The position numbers and the translations under genes are program-made. The notes under the pieces are model-generated. The model made no database searches and had not been told where the DNA came from. It was given only the letters and a program-made list of their open reading frames with translations. Shown one piece after another: positions 1-10,102 of a DNA stretch of 64,000 nt. Within the stretch, counting starts at the first letter, position 1. Each line of letters starts with the position of its first letter. Source of the DNA: Vampirovibrionaceae bacterium NZW_1234 (lineage in GTDB: Bacteria; Cyanobacteriota; Vampirovibrionia; Vampirovibrionales; JAGQHJ01); NCBI GenBank assembly GCA_041697335.1, contig JBGUGD010000031.1, positions 1-64,000 of the forward strand, in the 5' to 3' direction.

Positions 1-160
1 TCTAATCATTTATTTTTCTCAGCCTTATCCATTAACTCATTTATATACATCATAACAAGACCTTCAATGCGGTAGGGTCAAAACATTCTCAACCCCAGCA
101 ACCCAGGTTTATTATCGCAGATGACCCGGCTATTGCTGCCGGGCCATTTTTTCAATAAAC

Positions 161-304
161 TCACTCCCCCCCATGGTCCTTCAACCACTGTTTTGCCGTG
201 GGAGTCAGAGATAAATTCATCTTTTCCGTGGCTGGCTCTCCCCATTTTGTCCATCCCTTGGGCCTGCCTCTTGAGCGTTTGGGTGGGGTCGTCTCGTCCG
301 ACAT
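161..304 (-). CDS. Small CopG/ribbon-helix-helix-like protein, possibly frameshifted in a G7 tract
   Basis: Hand translation (below ORF-track cutoff): MSDETTPPKRSRGRPKGWTKWGEPATEKMNLSLTPTAKQWLKDHGGE*. GGAGG RBS upstream. With one G fewer it reads on as HGGSEFIEKMARQQ* to 130. Confidence 0.5.
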   Translation of the reverse strand: MSDETTPPKRSRGRPKGWTKWGEPATEKMNLSLTPTAKQWLKDHGGE

Positions 305-457
305 CCTGTTAAGCCTCCACTCATTTTCCGGGTATACCCGCCATTATACCAAAACCCTCGACGGGAAGGTGTTCAAGAAAAGCGTGTTCTGAGCGTTTAC
401 ATCACGCGTTACCTGGGATGTATTTCGCTTAGTCGCCTTAAAAAACCCGTGACGGAT

Positions 458-613
458 TCAGCTCACCTCGTCGGTGCCCTTTTCGGCAGATTTCTGCTGC
501 TTCTGGCGCTCCCGCTCCTCTGGATCCACACCGAGTATTTTATACGCCCTTTCCTTGCCTTCCTTGATCATCTGCTGAAGCATTTCATGCGTAAGCGGTG
601 TTTTCACTTTCAT
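458..613 (-). CDS. Small charged hypothetical protein (51 aa)
   Basis: Hand translation MKVKTPLTHEMLQQMIKEGKERAYKILGVDPEERERQKQQKSAEKGTDEVS*; GGGAGG RBS upstream of the ATG. Confidence 0.55.
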   Translation of the reverse strand: MKVKTPLTHEMLQQMIKEGKERAYKILGVDPEERERQKQQKSAEKGTDEVS

Positions 614-857
614 TGGCGAGGTCCTCCCATCTTATTTCATAATGGTAAGGCTTTTGCTCCGGCATGTTCAAGAGATATTTTTCTAACACCCGAAGGGTTT
701 TCCAGCCACAAACATCCCAAAAAAACGCCCATCATAGGCATTTCCACCCTGTAAATTCTTAAGAATCTCTAAATATCGGCGCTCTAAGTATATAATTAAG
801 ATATAATATAGAAAAAAATCAACACCCTGAGTTAGAGAAAGTAAGGAGACATAGGCT

Positions 858-1733
858 ATGAAAGATTCGTCAATCGATTGGTACGAGATCAAAGGGCGCT
901 ATATGGCGGGGGAAAAGCCGAAGCGGCTGGCCCAGATGTATGAAATAGACCCAAAGCAGCTCAGCAACATTATTGTACGCCAGGGCTGGCGCAAGCAGCG
1001 CGAGGAAATCCGCCACAAAGTCGCCGAGGAGTTCGTCGAGGCCCAACGGGAACTCAACCAAAAAGCCATGCAGTTCGTGAACCTCGTGTTATCGGCACTC
1101 ATCAACGACGACGGCACCCTGAACTGGGAGGCCTGCAAAACGATGAAAAGCAGCGTGATTCGCCTGTGTCTGCAAATGGCCATGCCGGAAAAAGTCAAAG
1201 TCCGGGAAGTCACCCACACCTTCGGCGAGGGCCCCGAGCCCTGGCGTTCCTTCACTGAGCCGCCGGGCACAGAGGAGGAGACGATGAGTAAAACGGAGCA
1301 AAAATTCGACTTTGAAAATTACTCACCCCCGGCGGCGTCCTGGGAATCTCCCCAGGAAGATGGCTTTGCCGAGCCGACAGCTGCCATGGCGGATCTCGTC
1401 ACCCCCGCGGCAAACCCTGAAGTGAGTAAAACGGAGCAAAAATCCGACGTTGAAAATTACTCATCCCCGGAGCCGACGATCCTGGAAACCCCACCCCCCA
1501 GCAAATTAGCGATGCTCGCCCACATGAACCAGATGTGGGACAGAATCGCCGCCTTGATGGCCCAGGCCCCACGCTTGTCCCCACCGGAGCAAAACCGAGT
1601 CGAACCGCCCCAAAATGCCACGACCGAACAAACCTACTTCTACCCGCCCGGCTATTTCGACTCGCCCCATCTACCGCCGCCCCTGACCCCGGAACAATAC
1701 ATGCGAAACAAAGCCCGCACCATCCGGTTTTAA
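858..1733 (+). CDS. Hypothetical protein: N-terminal HTH resembling phage terminase small subunits, Pro/Glu-rich tail
   Basis: AAGGAG RBS; DWYEIKGRYMAG...LAQMYEI...GW HTH-like pattern followed by a helical segment and a low-complexity C-terminus. Confidence 0.6.
   Translation: MKDSSIDWYEIKGRYMAGEKPKRLAQMYEIDPKQLSNIIVRQGWRKQREEIRHKVAEEFVEAQRELNQKAMQFVNLVLSALINDDGTLNWEACKTMKSSVIRLCLQMAMPEKVKVREVTHTFGEGPEPWRSFTEPPGTEEETMSKTEQKFDFENYSPPAASWESPQEDGFAEPTAAMADLVTPAANPEVSKTEQKSDVENYSSPEPTILETPPPSKLAMLAHMNQMWDRIAALMAQAPRLSPPEQNRVEPPQNATTEQTYFYPPGYFDSPHLPPPLTPEQYMRNKARTIRF
1285..1470 (+). repeat. Imperfect direct repeat of about 45 bp inside the 858 ORF
   Basis: gagtaaaacggagcaaaaattcgactttgaaaattactca (~1285) vs gagtaaaacggagcaaaaatccgacgttgaaaattactca (~1423); peptides SKTEQKFDFENYSPP and SKTEQKSDVENYSSP. 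Confidence 0.8.
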
Positions 1734-1747
1734 TGACACAGCGCAGC

Positions 1748-3007
1748 TTACGGCGCAGCGTAGCTGACCCGATAGATGACGCCGTTTTGATCGTCGCTGA
1801 TCAACAACGCCCCATCCCGGGCGACGGCCAGCCCCGCAATCCGGGCAAACTGGGCCTGACCACCCTCCGTCAGAAAACCGGTCAGGAAATCACGAAACCC
1901 CACCGGACGACCGCCCTCAAATTCAACCACCACCACTTTGTAGCCCACCGCCGGTTTTCGATTCCAGGACCCCCGAAGGGCCAGAAACGCACTGTCCCGG
2001 TAGGCCTGCGGGAACATCGACCCGGTGTAGAAAACAAAGGCCAGCGGCGAACTGTGGGCCTGATACGTCATCACCGCCGGTCGGGTGGTCGTGCAGAACT
2101 CGGCCGGACTCTGGCCGTCCGGGGGGCGATCGGCGGTCATGCGATCCACCTGGGCCGCGCCGAAACACCAGGGCCAACCATAATGCCCTCCCGCCTCAAT
2201 CCGATTCAGCTCCTCGGGCGGAATATCGGCCCCCCGCCAGTCGGACCCATGGTCCATCCCCCACAGCTGACGGGTCTCGGGGTGCCAATCAAAGCCGATG
2301 GTGTTGCGCAGGCCACGGGCAAAAATACGACGCTGCCAGGTTTCCGGGTCCGCCACCAGCATGGTGGCATGCTCCGGATTCGGCTCCCGGCAGGCATCAC
2401 AGGCACTGCCCACGGAAACATAGAGCATGCCATCCGGCCCGAACGCCAGCGTCCGATTGGGATGCCGCCCCCCGGTAGGAAGGTTTCGAATGATGGCCCG
2501 GGGAGCCGCCACGCCCTGCCCGGACGCCGTGTCCATGCGGGCCTGATACACCGTCGTGGGCGTCGCCACATACAACACACCCCGATGCCAGGTAATCCCA
2601 TGGACCTCGTCCAGCCCCGAAATAATCGTCCTGGGGCTTTCGGCCACCCCGTCACCGTTATCGTCCCTGAGCGCCACCACGCGCCCGGCATCCGGCAGGA
2701 TCACATAAACAACCCCCTCGGGCGACACAGCCATCATCCGGGGGTTCGTCAGCCCCCGGGCAAAGACATTGACCCGAAACCCCGGCGGAAGCTTCAGCCG
2801 CTCCAGGTAAGCCTCCTGAAACGGCAACTTTCTGGGCTGAAAGGCCACGGCCGGTGCCGACGAGGAAGCCGCTTCCGTCTGCCGCTGCCCCGGCAACTCC
2901 CCGCGCTCATGCTTCCGGTCCTCAGCGTGCGGCGGCTGCTGACAGCCCAGCCCCAACAGCATCACCACCACCACGGCAGCGGACAGCACGCGCGAACATT
3001 TTTCCAT
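1748..3007 (-). CDS. PQQ-dependent sugar (glucose/sorbosone) dehydrogenase family lipoprotein
   Basis: LGLGC lipobox; LKLPPGF, FGPDGMLYVSVGS, GLRNTIGFDWHP, HYGWP, AHSSPL, GSWNR motifs. Confidence 0.88.
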   Translation of the reverse strand: MEKCSRVLSAAVVVVMLLGLGCQQPPHAEDRKHERGELPGQRQTEAASSSAPAVAFQPRKLPFQEAYLERLKLPPGFRVNVFARGLTNPRMMAVSPEGVVYVILPDAGRVVALRDDNGDGVAESPRTIISGLDEVHGITWHRGVLYVATPTTVYQARMDTASGQGVAAPRAIIRNLPTGGRHPNRTLAFGPDGMLYVSVGSACDACREPNPEHATMLVADPETWQRRIFARGLRNTIGFDWHPETRQLWGMDHGSDWRGADIPPEELNRIEAGGHYGWPWCFGAAQVDRMTADRPPDGQSPAEFCTTTRPAVMTYQAHSSPLAFVFYTGSMFPQAYRDSAFLALRGSWNRKPAVGYKVVVVEFEGGRPVGFRDFLTGFLTEGGQAQFARIAGLAVARDGALLISDDQNGVIYRVSYAAP

Positions 3008-3108
3008 GAGACGCCCTTCTGTCAACCCTGTCCCCAGTATACTCGTCCCCCCCGGCCATTGTCCCCCACCACCCGGCTTAGTCGAGGCTGTCGGTCTTTA
3101 ATCGGCGC

Positions 3109-3729
3109 TTACTCCACCGGGGCCATCAGCTGGCGAAGCGCCTGCTCCACCCGCTCTCGGGTAGGCTTGCCAAACCGATGGCGCCGGTTCTTGAACTTCC
3201 AACGCTCGGCCTTGGGAATGGGCTCGTCCAGTTGTTCTAAATCTTTCAGGCCCAGCGTTACCACCTTGCCCTTGTCCTCCACCCACAGATCCATAAAGGT
3301 CAAATCATGCACCTTCACCCCCTGAATCTCCAAAGCCCGATTCGGCCCGCTCCTGTCGGTACGGTCAATCTGATCCCGTGCCGCCAGGGCCTGGTTGGAC
3401 ATCATCTGCAACTTGCCGAACAAACTGGCCCGAGCCGCCTCAAAGCGCTCCAGCAACACCCGGCCCTGCGGCAGGGGATCCATGTAATAGGACGTGGCCA
3501 GCTTCAGCGCATGCTGGAAGAACTGCCGGGCCTCTTTGCCCGAGGCAATGGCATAATGCACCTTCTCGTCAGCAGCCTCATCGAAGCTGACGACGCTATA
3601 AATTTGGACCCCGAACGTATCCCCCGTCTCCCGACGAAAACGCCGGATATCCTCCCGGATGACCTTGTCCTTGTCCGGGCCATAGCGCGGCGGCAATTTC
3701 TGAAGCGCTGTAAACCTGATTGGCACCAT
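3109..3729 (-). CDS. Hypothetical protein with RFT-type leader (MVPIRFTA)
   Basis: Long ORF; GGGGAG RBS 8 nt before the ATG at 3729. Confidence 0.65.
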   Translation of the reverse strand: MVPIRFTALQKLPPRYGPDKDKVIREDIRRFRRETGDTFGVQIYSVVSFDEAADEKVHYAIASGKEARQFFQHALKLATSYYMDPLPQGRVLLERFEAARASLFGKLQMMSNQALAARDQIDRTDRSGPNRALEIQGVKVHDLTFMDLWVEDKGKVVTLGLKDLEQLDEPIPKAERWKFKNRRHRFGKPTRERVEQALRQLMAPVE

Positions 3730-4011
3730 CACCATCACTCCCCGCACCCGTCACATCAAACCACGACGGTCCATCACCTGAGCTATGATAGGGAGTTGGC
3801 ATGGCAAAGTCAATGGTCACTGCCCGGCCCAACACGCTGCCCTTCGAAAAAGCGGTGCCGGCCACGCATCCCGGCGGTTCATATTTCGACATCCGGCCCC
3901 GGACGCCCAGCCCGCAGCCCCCAGCCGACAATCTCCACCAGCCGGTTGTGTCCCCTGCCCGCTTTTGATATGACTAACGTCAAGAAGTCACGCGTTGTGA
4001 GGAGTCGCCCG

Positions 4012-4416
4012 ATGACCATTCGATTCAGCTCGGTCCAAGAGATTCAATTTATCAATGCCAAAGGCAAGCCCCTCAAGGCAACGCCCCGCATCTGTAGCCT
4101 CGCCCAGGAACTGGATAACCAGGGAAGCAAGGCCTCACCCCCCTTCGGCGTATTTACCCTGAGCGACACCTGCGGCGATCCCAACAACACGTACTACCTG
4201 GTCTACAACGGCCCCCAGGACACCGATGGCGACACCTTTCACCAACAGTCCATCGGGATCAACCAAAAATACCTGGCCAAACTCCCCCTGACCGAGGTCA
4301 CCCGAAACGAACTGATCGCCGAAAAGACCGCCCTGTTTCACTCCTACCTGGCCAAGGCCTCCGGCGTCGTCCAGGTCAAAACCCAACGCAACAAACCCTT
4401 CGAAATCCTGGCCTAG
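4012..4416 (+). CDS. Hypothetical protein with RFS-type leader (MTIRFSS)
   Basis: GAGGAG RBS before ATG 4012; the upstream part of ORF 3307 is a shadow of the opposite gene. Confidence 0.7.
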   Translation: MTIRFSSVQEIQFINAKGKPLKATPRICSLAQELDNQGSKASPPFGVFTLSDTCGDPNNTYYLVYNGPQDTDGDTFHQQSIGINQKYLAKLPLTEVTRNELIAEKTALFHSYLAKASGVVQVKTQRNKPFEILA

Positions 4417-4469
4417 ACACCCATTGCACAACACCCTGTCACACAACAACCAAAGCGAGAATCCCCCTT

Positions 4470-5276
4470 ATGAATATCCGAGTCATTGTGGCCGGCGCCA
4501 CCGGATGGACCGGCAGCGAAGTCACCCAAGCCCTCCTCCAGTCCGAGACCTTCGAACTGGTGGGCGCCATTGCCCGAAAGCGTGTCGGCGAGGATATCGG
4601 CACAGTTTTAGGGCTCCCCGAAGCCGGGCTGACAATCCAGTCCAGCCTGTCTGACATCCTCTCCCAAAACACCCTCGCCGATGTCCTCCTGGACTACACG
4701 TTACCGGACACCGTCAAGGCCCGGGTCCTCCAGGCCCTCGACAACAACCTCCACGTCGTTATCGGCACCTCGGGCCTCACCGACACCGACTACCGCGACA
4801 TTGAAGAGCGGGCGCTGGCCCGACAACGCGGCGTCATTGCCGCCGGCAATTTCTCCATCACCGCCGCCCTGGCCAAGCACTTCAGCCTTCTGGCCGCCCA
4901 ATACCTCCCCCACCGGGAAGTCATCGACTATGCCCACGCCGGTAAAATCGACGCCCCCAGCGGCACCACCCGAGAGCTGGCCCACGCCCTGCAACAGGTC
5001 TCCCCCAACCGCCTGGAAATTCCCATCGATGAGACCCACGGCGACAAGGCGGCCCGAGGCGCCACCGTCGGCGAAACCCAGCTCCACTCCGTCCGCCTGC
5101 CCGGCTATGTGTTTTCCTTCGAAACCCTGTTCGGCCTCCCCGACGAACGCCTCAGCATCCGCCACGATGCCGGCTCCGGCGCCCAACCCTACGTCCATGG
5201 GACGCTCCTGGCCCTCAAAGAAGTCGTCCATACCCAAGGCCTCCTCCGCGGCCTGGACAAACTCATGTTCCGCTAA
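4470..5276 (+). CDS. dapB: 4-hydroxy-tetrahydrodipicolinate reductase
   Basis: GATGWTG Rossmann motif, VIGTSG, NFS, HAGKIDAPSGT, HSVRLPG, IRHDA. Confidence 0.93.
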   Translation: MNIRVIVAGATGWTGSEVTQALLQSETFELVGAIARKRVGEDIGTVLGLPEAGLTIQSSLSDILSQNTLADVLLDYTLPDTVKARVLQALDNNLHVVIGTSGLTDTDYRDIEERALARQRGVIAAGNFSITAALAKHFSLLAAQYLPHREVIDYAHAGKIDAPSGTTRELAHALQQVSPNRLEIPIDETHGDKAARGATVGETQLHSVRLPGYVFSFETLFGLPDERLSIRHDAGSGAQPYVHGTLLALKEVVHTQGLLRGLDKLMFR

Positions 5277-5382
5277 AAACCCGCCAAAAGGCTTTCTAAC
5301 GCACATGCCCTCTTCCCGGGAACACCCCAAAAGGCGTCACCAAACAGAAGAGGGCACGTCTATACGAATGCCGCTTTACACC

Positions 5383-5691
5383 CTAGGCAATGCGATCGAA
5401 CAACCCATTTCTGGACAGTTCCATGGCCACCTCACGGGATTGATTGAAATCCCGGGTCGGGTCGTACACAAAAGGAATCCGACGATCCACCAGCTCGCCC
5501 AAGGCCTTCAGCAAGTTGGTCCGGTTGCTGATGTTATAGCCACTGACCATGGTCTTGCCACCTTCCAACGGCTTGGTCATCGTCCCGGAGCTGTGCAGAT
5601 CCCGAAGCGGCTCGAACCGCTTGTCCAGCTTTGCCGCTTCATCCACACCGGGATGCTTGAAATACACATACGATCCAAAATGAATGTTCAT
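5383..5691 (-). CDS. Hypothetical protein with HFG-type leader (MNIHFGS)
   Basis: About 102 aa ORF with GGAG RBS. Confidence 0.65.
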   Translation of the reverse strand: MNIHFGSYVYFKHPGVDEAAKLDKRFEPLRDLHSSGTMTKPLEGGKTMVSGYNISNRTNLLKALGELVDRRIPFVYDPTRDFNQSREVAMELSRNGLFDRIA

Positions 5692-6174
5692 CAATCACAC
5701 TCCACGAAACACATCACGAATAAATAGACTCATGTAGTGAAATCGAATTTGTTTCAAAAATCAACCGTTTGCAGACACTTGTTTTTATAAAGCAGCTCAA
5801 GCTTCAGCCCCGTTCCCACCGATGCAGGTAACCTGGAACACGCATCATTCTAAACAAATCCTTAACCCCAATGTTGCGCTAGCACAAAAATAACATCATT
5901 CGTTTTTATAGCTATATAAACAATCATTGGCTATTTCTATTTCGTGTGTGTATCGGCAATGGGCTGAATGGCAACGGATTCGTTTCGGACCGTTCTCGTC
6001 GTCATACACGGAAATTCCTTCATGTGTGTGGCTATCAATATAGGCGGATCAAAACAATGGCTATCAATCTTTTTTAACGTTCGTTCGCAGGTCCAGGCGT
6101 GCATTATCGCAACTGCCTGCGACACGTTGTCTCGTACAGGTGTTTAGAAACTTATTGCTGGGAGGCTATATTTT

Positions 6175-7554
6175 ATGAGCGACTTGGCAGGCATATTGTC
6201 TGCATTTACACAGCCACGAACAGGACCCGTCAGTCCTGAAAGAGCGCTTTTCCGATCGGTAGCTGAATTTGGCGGCCGAGCCACCGGTCTTCCCTTGGGA
6301 ACACTGTTTGACGTCGGCGCACAAGTCTATGACTCCTACACCGGCACCTCGTTTACCAGCGCACCGCTGCCTGGGGCAACGGGCTCGTCTGGTGCAGCAG
6401 GGGCTTCCGGAGCAACGGGCTCATCGCGCGCAGCGGGTGCTTCCGGAGCCACAGGCTCATCTGGCGCAGCGGGGGCTTCCGGAGCAACGGGCTCATCGGG
6501 CGCAGCAGGTGCTTCCGGAGCCACAGGCTCATCTGGCGCAGCAGGTGCTTCCGGCGCAACAGGTTCATCTGGCGCAGCGGGGGCTTCCGGAGCCACAGGT
6601 TCATCTGGCGCAGCGGGGGCTTCCGGAGCCACAGGAGCATCCGGCGCAGCGGGAGCAACCGGAGCTACAGGAGCATCCGGCGCGGCGAGGACCAACCGAC
6701 CAACATTTCAGGGTGTCCCTGGAGCGCCACCCAATGCCGAAGACTGGACGGGGCAACCTGTCAATGACAGTAACGTCGTTGACTTTGCCAACAAGGCAAA
6801 CACCACGGGTGTAGGCTTTCGAGGCCAGAATATGGGCTCTATCGTCCAACAAGCCGCTGACGCTGTCCGTGCCGGTATTCGAGCCAATGAAGCACTCCTG
6901 AGCGGCAGTGGATCCGGAGGCTCCGCAGGGGGTATCGGCCGCGGCAGAGCCGTCCGATTCCCGATGACATTCTGGGGCTCCGGCCCACAGGGGGCGCAGA
7001 TCAAGGCGGAATTAGAGCGACAAGTCGGCCCCCTGGTCCAACTTTGTAACGCCCTGGCGGATCGCATTGAAGGTACCGGCACCTCCGGCCCCGGAGGCAC
7101 AACCGGCGGCACCGGGGTGACCGGAGCCAGTGGTGCCACCGGCGGAACGGGCGCAGCCAGCAGCAGGCCTTTTGCGGGACTACAACTACGCGATTTGCTA
7201 ACCCAACTCAACAATGCCATGATACGCCCTGGCGGCGCAGCCGACCCCCGAGCCCCCGAATTGGATAACCTGCTGAGGGAAACCCTGGATCGGTTCCGTA
7301 TTCGAACGTCGGGTCAGCGTCCTTCCGCAAACGTCCGGAATCCCATCAACAATAATCAGATCCGGCGTCTATCGGACATCGATCTCATCACCCGACTAGA
7401 CACCCTGAACCAACGTGCCTCTGCTGGACCGTTGGACGAGGCGGCCCAACAACAACGTCAAGAACTTCAGAATGAACTTATCAGACGTATGCGAAGTTCG
7501 GCGGGCTTGCGAGACGCCAGTCCAACACCGCCGCCGCCACCCGTACTGGTTTAG
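6175..7554 (+). CDS. Gly/Ala/Ser/Thr repeat (collagen-like) protein
   Basis: GGGAGG RBS; tandem [12 protein letters not shown] units; helical C-terminal part; poly-Pro end; followed by a hairpin. Confidence 0.8.
   Translation: MSDLAGILSAFTQPRTGPVSPERALFRSVAEFGGRATGLPLGTLFDVGAQVYDSYTGTSFTSAPLPGATGSSGAAGASGATGSSRAAGASGATGSSGAAGASGATGSSGAAGASGATGSSGAAGASGATGSSGAAGASGATGSSGAAGASGATGASGAAGATGATGASGAARTNRPTFQGVPGAPPNAEDWTGQPVNDSNVVDFANKANTTGVGFRGQNMGSIVQQAADAVRAGIRANEALLSGSGSGGSAGGIGRGRAVRFPMTFWGSGPQGAQIKAELERQVGPLVQLCNALADRIEGTGTSGPGGTTGGTGVTGASGATGGTGAASSRPFAGLQLRDLLTQLNNAMIRPGGAADPRAPELDNLLRETLDRFRIRTSGQRPSANVRNPINNNQIRRLSDIDLITRLDTLNQRASAGPLDEAAQQQRQELQNELIRRMRSSAGLRDASPTPPPPPVLV
6373..6687 (+). 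repeat. 36-bp coding tandem repeat, about 8.75 copies
   Basis: Encodes [12 protein letters not shown] repeats; 35 triplets with Gly first except one Arg; synonymous variation between copies. Confidence 0.95.
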
Positions 7555-7580
7555 GGATAAACCACAGTCTTCGCTCCTCT

Positions 7581-7607
7581 CAACACCCCGGTGATGCCGG
7601 GGTGTTG
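7581..7607 (+). terminator. Stem-loop after the repeat protein gene
   Basis: caacaccccgg-tgatg-ccggggtgttg perfect 11-bp stem; weak U tract. Confidence 0.55.
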
Positions 7608-7712
7608 GTGTATCCGCACTCCGGCTCACATCGGTTACAATGCCTCGCGATGCCTCAACAACGATCCCGGCCTTATGTATAATGACGTGATGAAGCGCGT
7701 CATGAAGGCGGG

Positions 7713-9467
7713 ATGATGGATTCCTTGAACCATACCGGGAGTGTGGGCTTAGCCTCGACTGACGAGCGCATTGCCTGGTTATACGAACATCAGAAACAAA
7801 TCCGAGACTGCCTGAACTGGGATAGTCCGTCTTTGAGTGAAGCGGAGATGATCCAGGCACTCCTAGGCAGGCTTGGCCAAAGTCTGGGCGCGGCCCGGGT
7901 GACGCTGTTCAAAATCAGGTCCGATTTAACGGCCTTGCCCATCGAGTTCGAATCTCGCGCCCACGAGGCTGTGCCCTCCATGCTCGGGTGGAACCCACCC
8001 TGGGAAATCTGCCCGGTGTTGAAGCAAACGGCGAGAACCCAGCGCATTGCCTATACCCACCATACCTTCGAAGACCCTGAGGTGCTTCAGAATCCGCTGT
8101 TATACGACATCTTTCACCAGTTTGCCATTGCGTCGGGGATTGCATGCCCGGTGTTGCACCAGAACCAGATGCTCAGCGTTCTGGTGGTCCATGATAGCGA
8201 GCCCCGCCATTGGTCCGCCGATGAACTGTCTCTGACCATGATGGCTGCCGACCAACTGGCATTGGCAACGGTGCTCCAGTCGAAATCCAAAATCGAAGAA
8301 GCCCTGCGGGTGAATCAGAAAGTGTTTCACTCCACCTTTGAACTGGCCCCGGTGGGCATTGTCCTGTGCGATGATCAGGGCCGCTTCAAAAGTGTCAATC
8401 AACGCTACTGCGATTTATTGGGGTATTCCAAGAGCGAATTGCTGACAATGCGCTTCCAGGATGTCACGCATCCTGAGGATGTTGACGCCGATGTGGACCT
8501 CTACCAGCGCCTCATCGCCAAGGAAATCAACCACTTCTCAATGGAAAAGCGCTACATCCGCAAAGACGGCTCGGTATTTTGGGTCTATCTCACGGATTCC
8601 ATCATCTGGGATGAACATGGACGGTTTCGCTACGCCATTGGCGTGGTGGAAGACATCACCGAGCGTAAGCAGTTCGAAGCCATGCTGCACCAGGCCAAGA
8701 CCACCGCTGAAGAAGCCAACCAGCGAAAAAGCCTGTTTCTGGCCAATATGTCCCACGAACTGCGCACACCGCTCAACGCGGTGATCGGCTACTCCCAGAT
8801 GATGGAAAAAGAATTGGCCGGGCCCTTGAATGACAAACAAAAGAAATATGCCCATGCCATCCTGGTTAGCGGGCGCCATTTGCTGGACATGGTCAACGAC
8901 ATTCTGGACCTGGCTAAAATCGAAGCCGGCCATATTGCCCTGGAAATCCAGTCCGTAGACGTTTTTGCGATGATTCTCGATTTACAGGATATTCTGATGC
9001 CCATGGCTGAGGCCAAAGACGTTTCCTTGTCCTTTGAGGTGGATCCCGGCCTCTCCCAGGTTCTGGCGGATCCGGCCCGATTACGGCAAATCTTTTTTAA
9101 TTTAATAAGCAATGCCCTTAAATTTAACAGGCAGGAGGGCCGTGTTTTTGTCAGACTCTTTGCGACACACTCGGATGACCAGCCCTGGTTTGTCGGCGAA
9201 GTGGCGGACACCGGAATCGGGATGCCCCAGGAAAAAATGGGGGAATTATTTACCCAGTTCTACCAGATTGATTCATCCATGTCGCGCCAGCACGACGGGG
9301 CGGGGCTGGGGCTGGCCCTGACGCGTCGGCTGGTGGAGCTGCATGGTGGCACGATTTCAGCCCAAAGTGAAGAAGGCCAGGGATCGGTATTCAGGTTCAA
9401 ACTCCCCAATGCTCCGACACGCCAAGTGCAACCGGGTCTTCCGTCAGAAAAACAGCTGTTCGCGTAA
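7713..9467 (+). CDS. GAF-PAS sensor histidine kinase
   Basis: GAF (ACPVL...RHWSADE), PAS (THPED, EKRYIRKDG), H-box FLANMSHELRTPL, N box NLISNALKF, G boxes DTGIG and GAGLGL. Confidence 0.93.
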   Translation: MMDSLNHTGSVGLASTDERIAWLYEHQKQIRDCLNWDSPSLSEAEMIQALLGRLGQSLGAARVTLFKIRSDLTALPIEFESRAHEAVPSMLGWNPPWEICPVLKQTARTQRIAYTHHTFEDPEVLQNPLLYDIFHQFAIASGIACPVLHQNQMLSVLVVHDSEPRHWSADELSLTMMAADQLALATVLQSKSKIEEALRVNQKVFHSTFELAPVGIVLCDDQGRFKSVNQRYCDLLGYSKSELLTMRFQDVTHPEDVDADVDLYQRLIAKEINHFSMEKRYIRKDGSVFWVYLTDSIIWDEHGRFRYAIGVVEDITERKQFEAMLHQAKTTAEEANQRKSLFLANMSHELRTPLNAVIGYSQMMEKELAGPLNDKQKKYAHAILVSGRHLLDMVNDILDLAKIEAGHIALEIQSVDVFAMILDLQDILMPMAEAKDVSLSFEVDPGLSQVLADPARLRQIFFNLISNALKFNRQEGRVFVRLFATHSDDQPWFVGEVADTGIGMPQEKMGELFTQFYQIDSSMSRQHDGAGLGLALTRRLVELHGGTISAQSEEGQGSVFRFKLPNAPTRQVQPGLPSEKQLFA

Positions 9468-9628
9468 TCCGGCATTGCCCTTTGACGGTCTGCCGGATGT
9501 GCCAGGCCAGCCGTGTGGGGCGATGCGTTGCGCTATCACGATCAACAAAACAAAAGGATTGCGTTCTTGTGAACTTTCCTTTACAGTAGCGTTACTCCTC
9601 GCTTAGTAATTTTAAAGGAAACTTGAAT

Positions 9629-9985
9629 ATGAACGTGACCTCCGTCGGGATGAAAACGGCGGCGATGGCTTGCCGTGGGATGAAAGCCCTGGTTCCCCAA
9701 GCCTCCCCCAAGACCGCTTCTGAAGCGCCTCGCTTTGGAGGGTTGGTGCTCAGCCGTCAATACGGCCAGGAAACCTACATCGGGGACTCCATTGTGATGT
9801 CTCCCCTGGAGCGTCTGCGGGATGGCCGTATCCGTTACAGCATCGTCGCTCCCGCAACCGATACCATTACCATTCGCGGTGATATTCACTTCACCCCGGT
9901 CAAAGTCGGCAATACTCGTGCCAAATTCAATTTCGAGGTCCCCGCCGATGTGGACGTCCTGCGGCACGAAGCTCAGGATCCCTAA
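9629..9985 (+). CDS. CsrA/RsmA-like protein with internal duplication and RFG leader
   Basis: After APRFG the sequence reads GLVLSRQYGQETYIGD...IRYSIVAP, then TITIRGDI...KFNFEVPADVDVLRHE, matching the CsrA pattern LxLxR..G....IGD...AP..V.V.R.E. AAAGGA RBS. Confidence 0.7.
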   Translation: MNVTSVGMKTAAMACRGMKALVPQASPKTASEAPRFGGLVLSRQYGQETYIGDSIVMSPLERLRDGRIRYSIVAPATDTITIRGDIHFTPVKVGNTRAKFNFEVPADVDVLRHEAQDP

Positions 9986-10069
9986 TTATTAAATACCCCT
10001 TTTTAAATACCCTTTGCCGGATGCCTAGCACATCCGTTCAAGAACCATCGCAAGAAACGCCAACGATCT

Positions 10070-10102
10070 GAACAAGCGCTCCTGTCTGCTGAGCGCTTGT
10101 TC
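10070..10102. terminator. Inverted repeat, probable terminator
   Basis: gaacaagcgctc-N9-gagcgcttgttc, 12-bp stem downstream of the CsrA-like gene. Confidence 0.5.

Noticed and set aside
1535..3325. 596-aa plus-strand ORF
   Set aside because: Antisense shadow of the GC-rich sugar dehydrogenase gene; no domain motifs.
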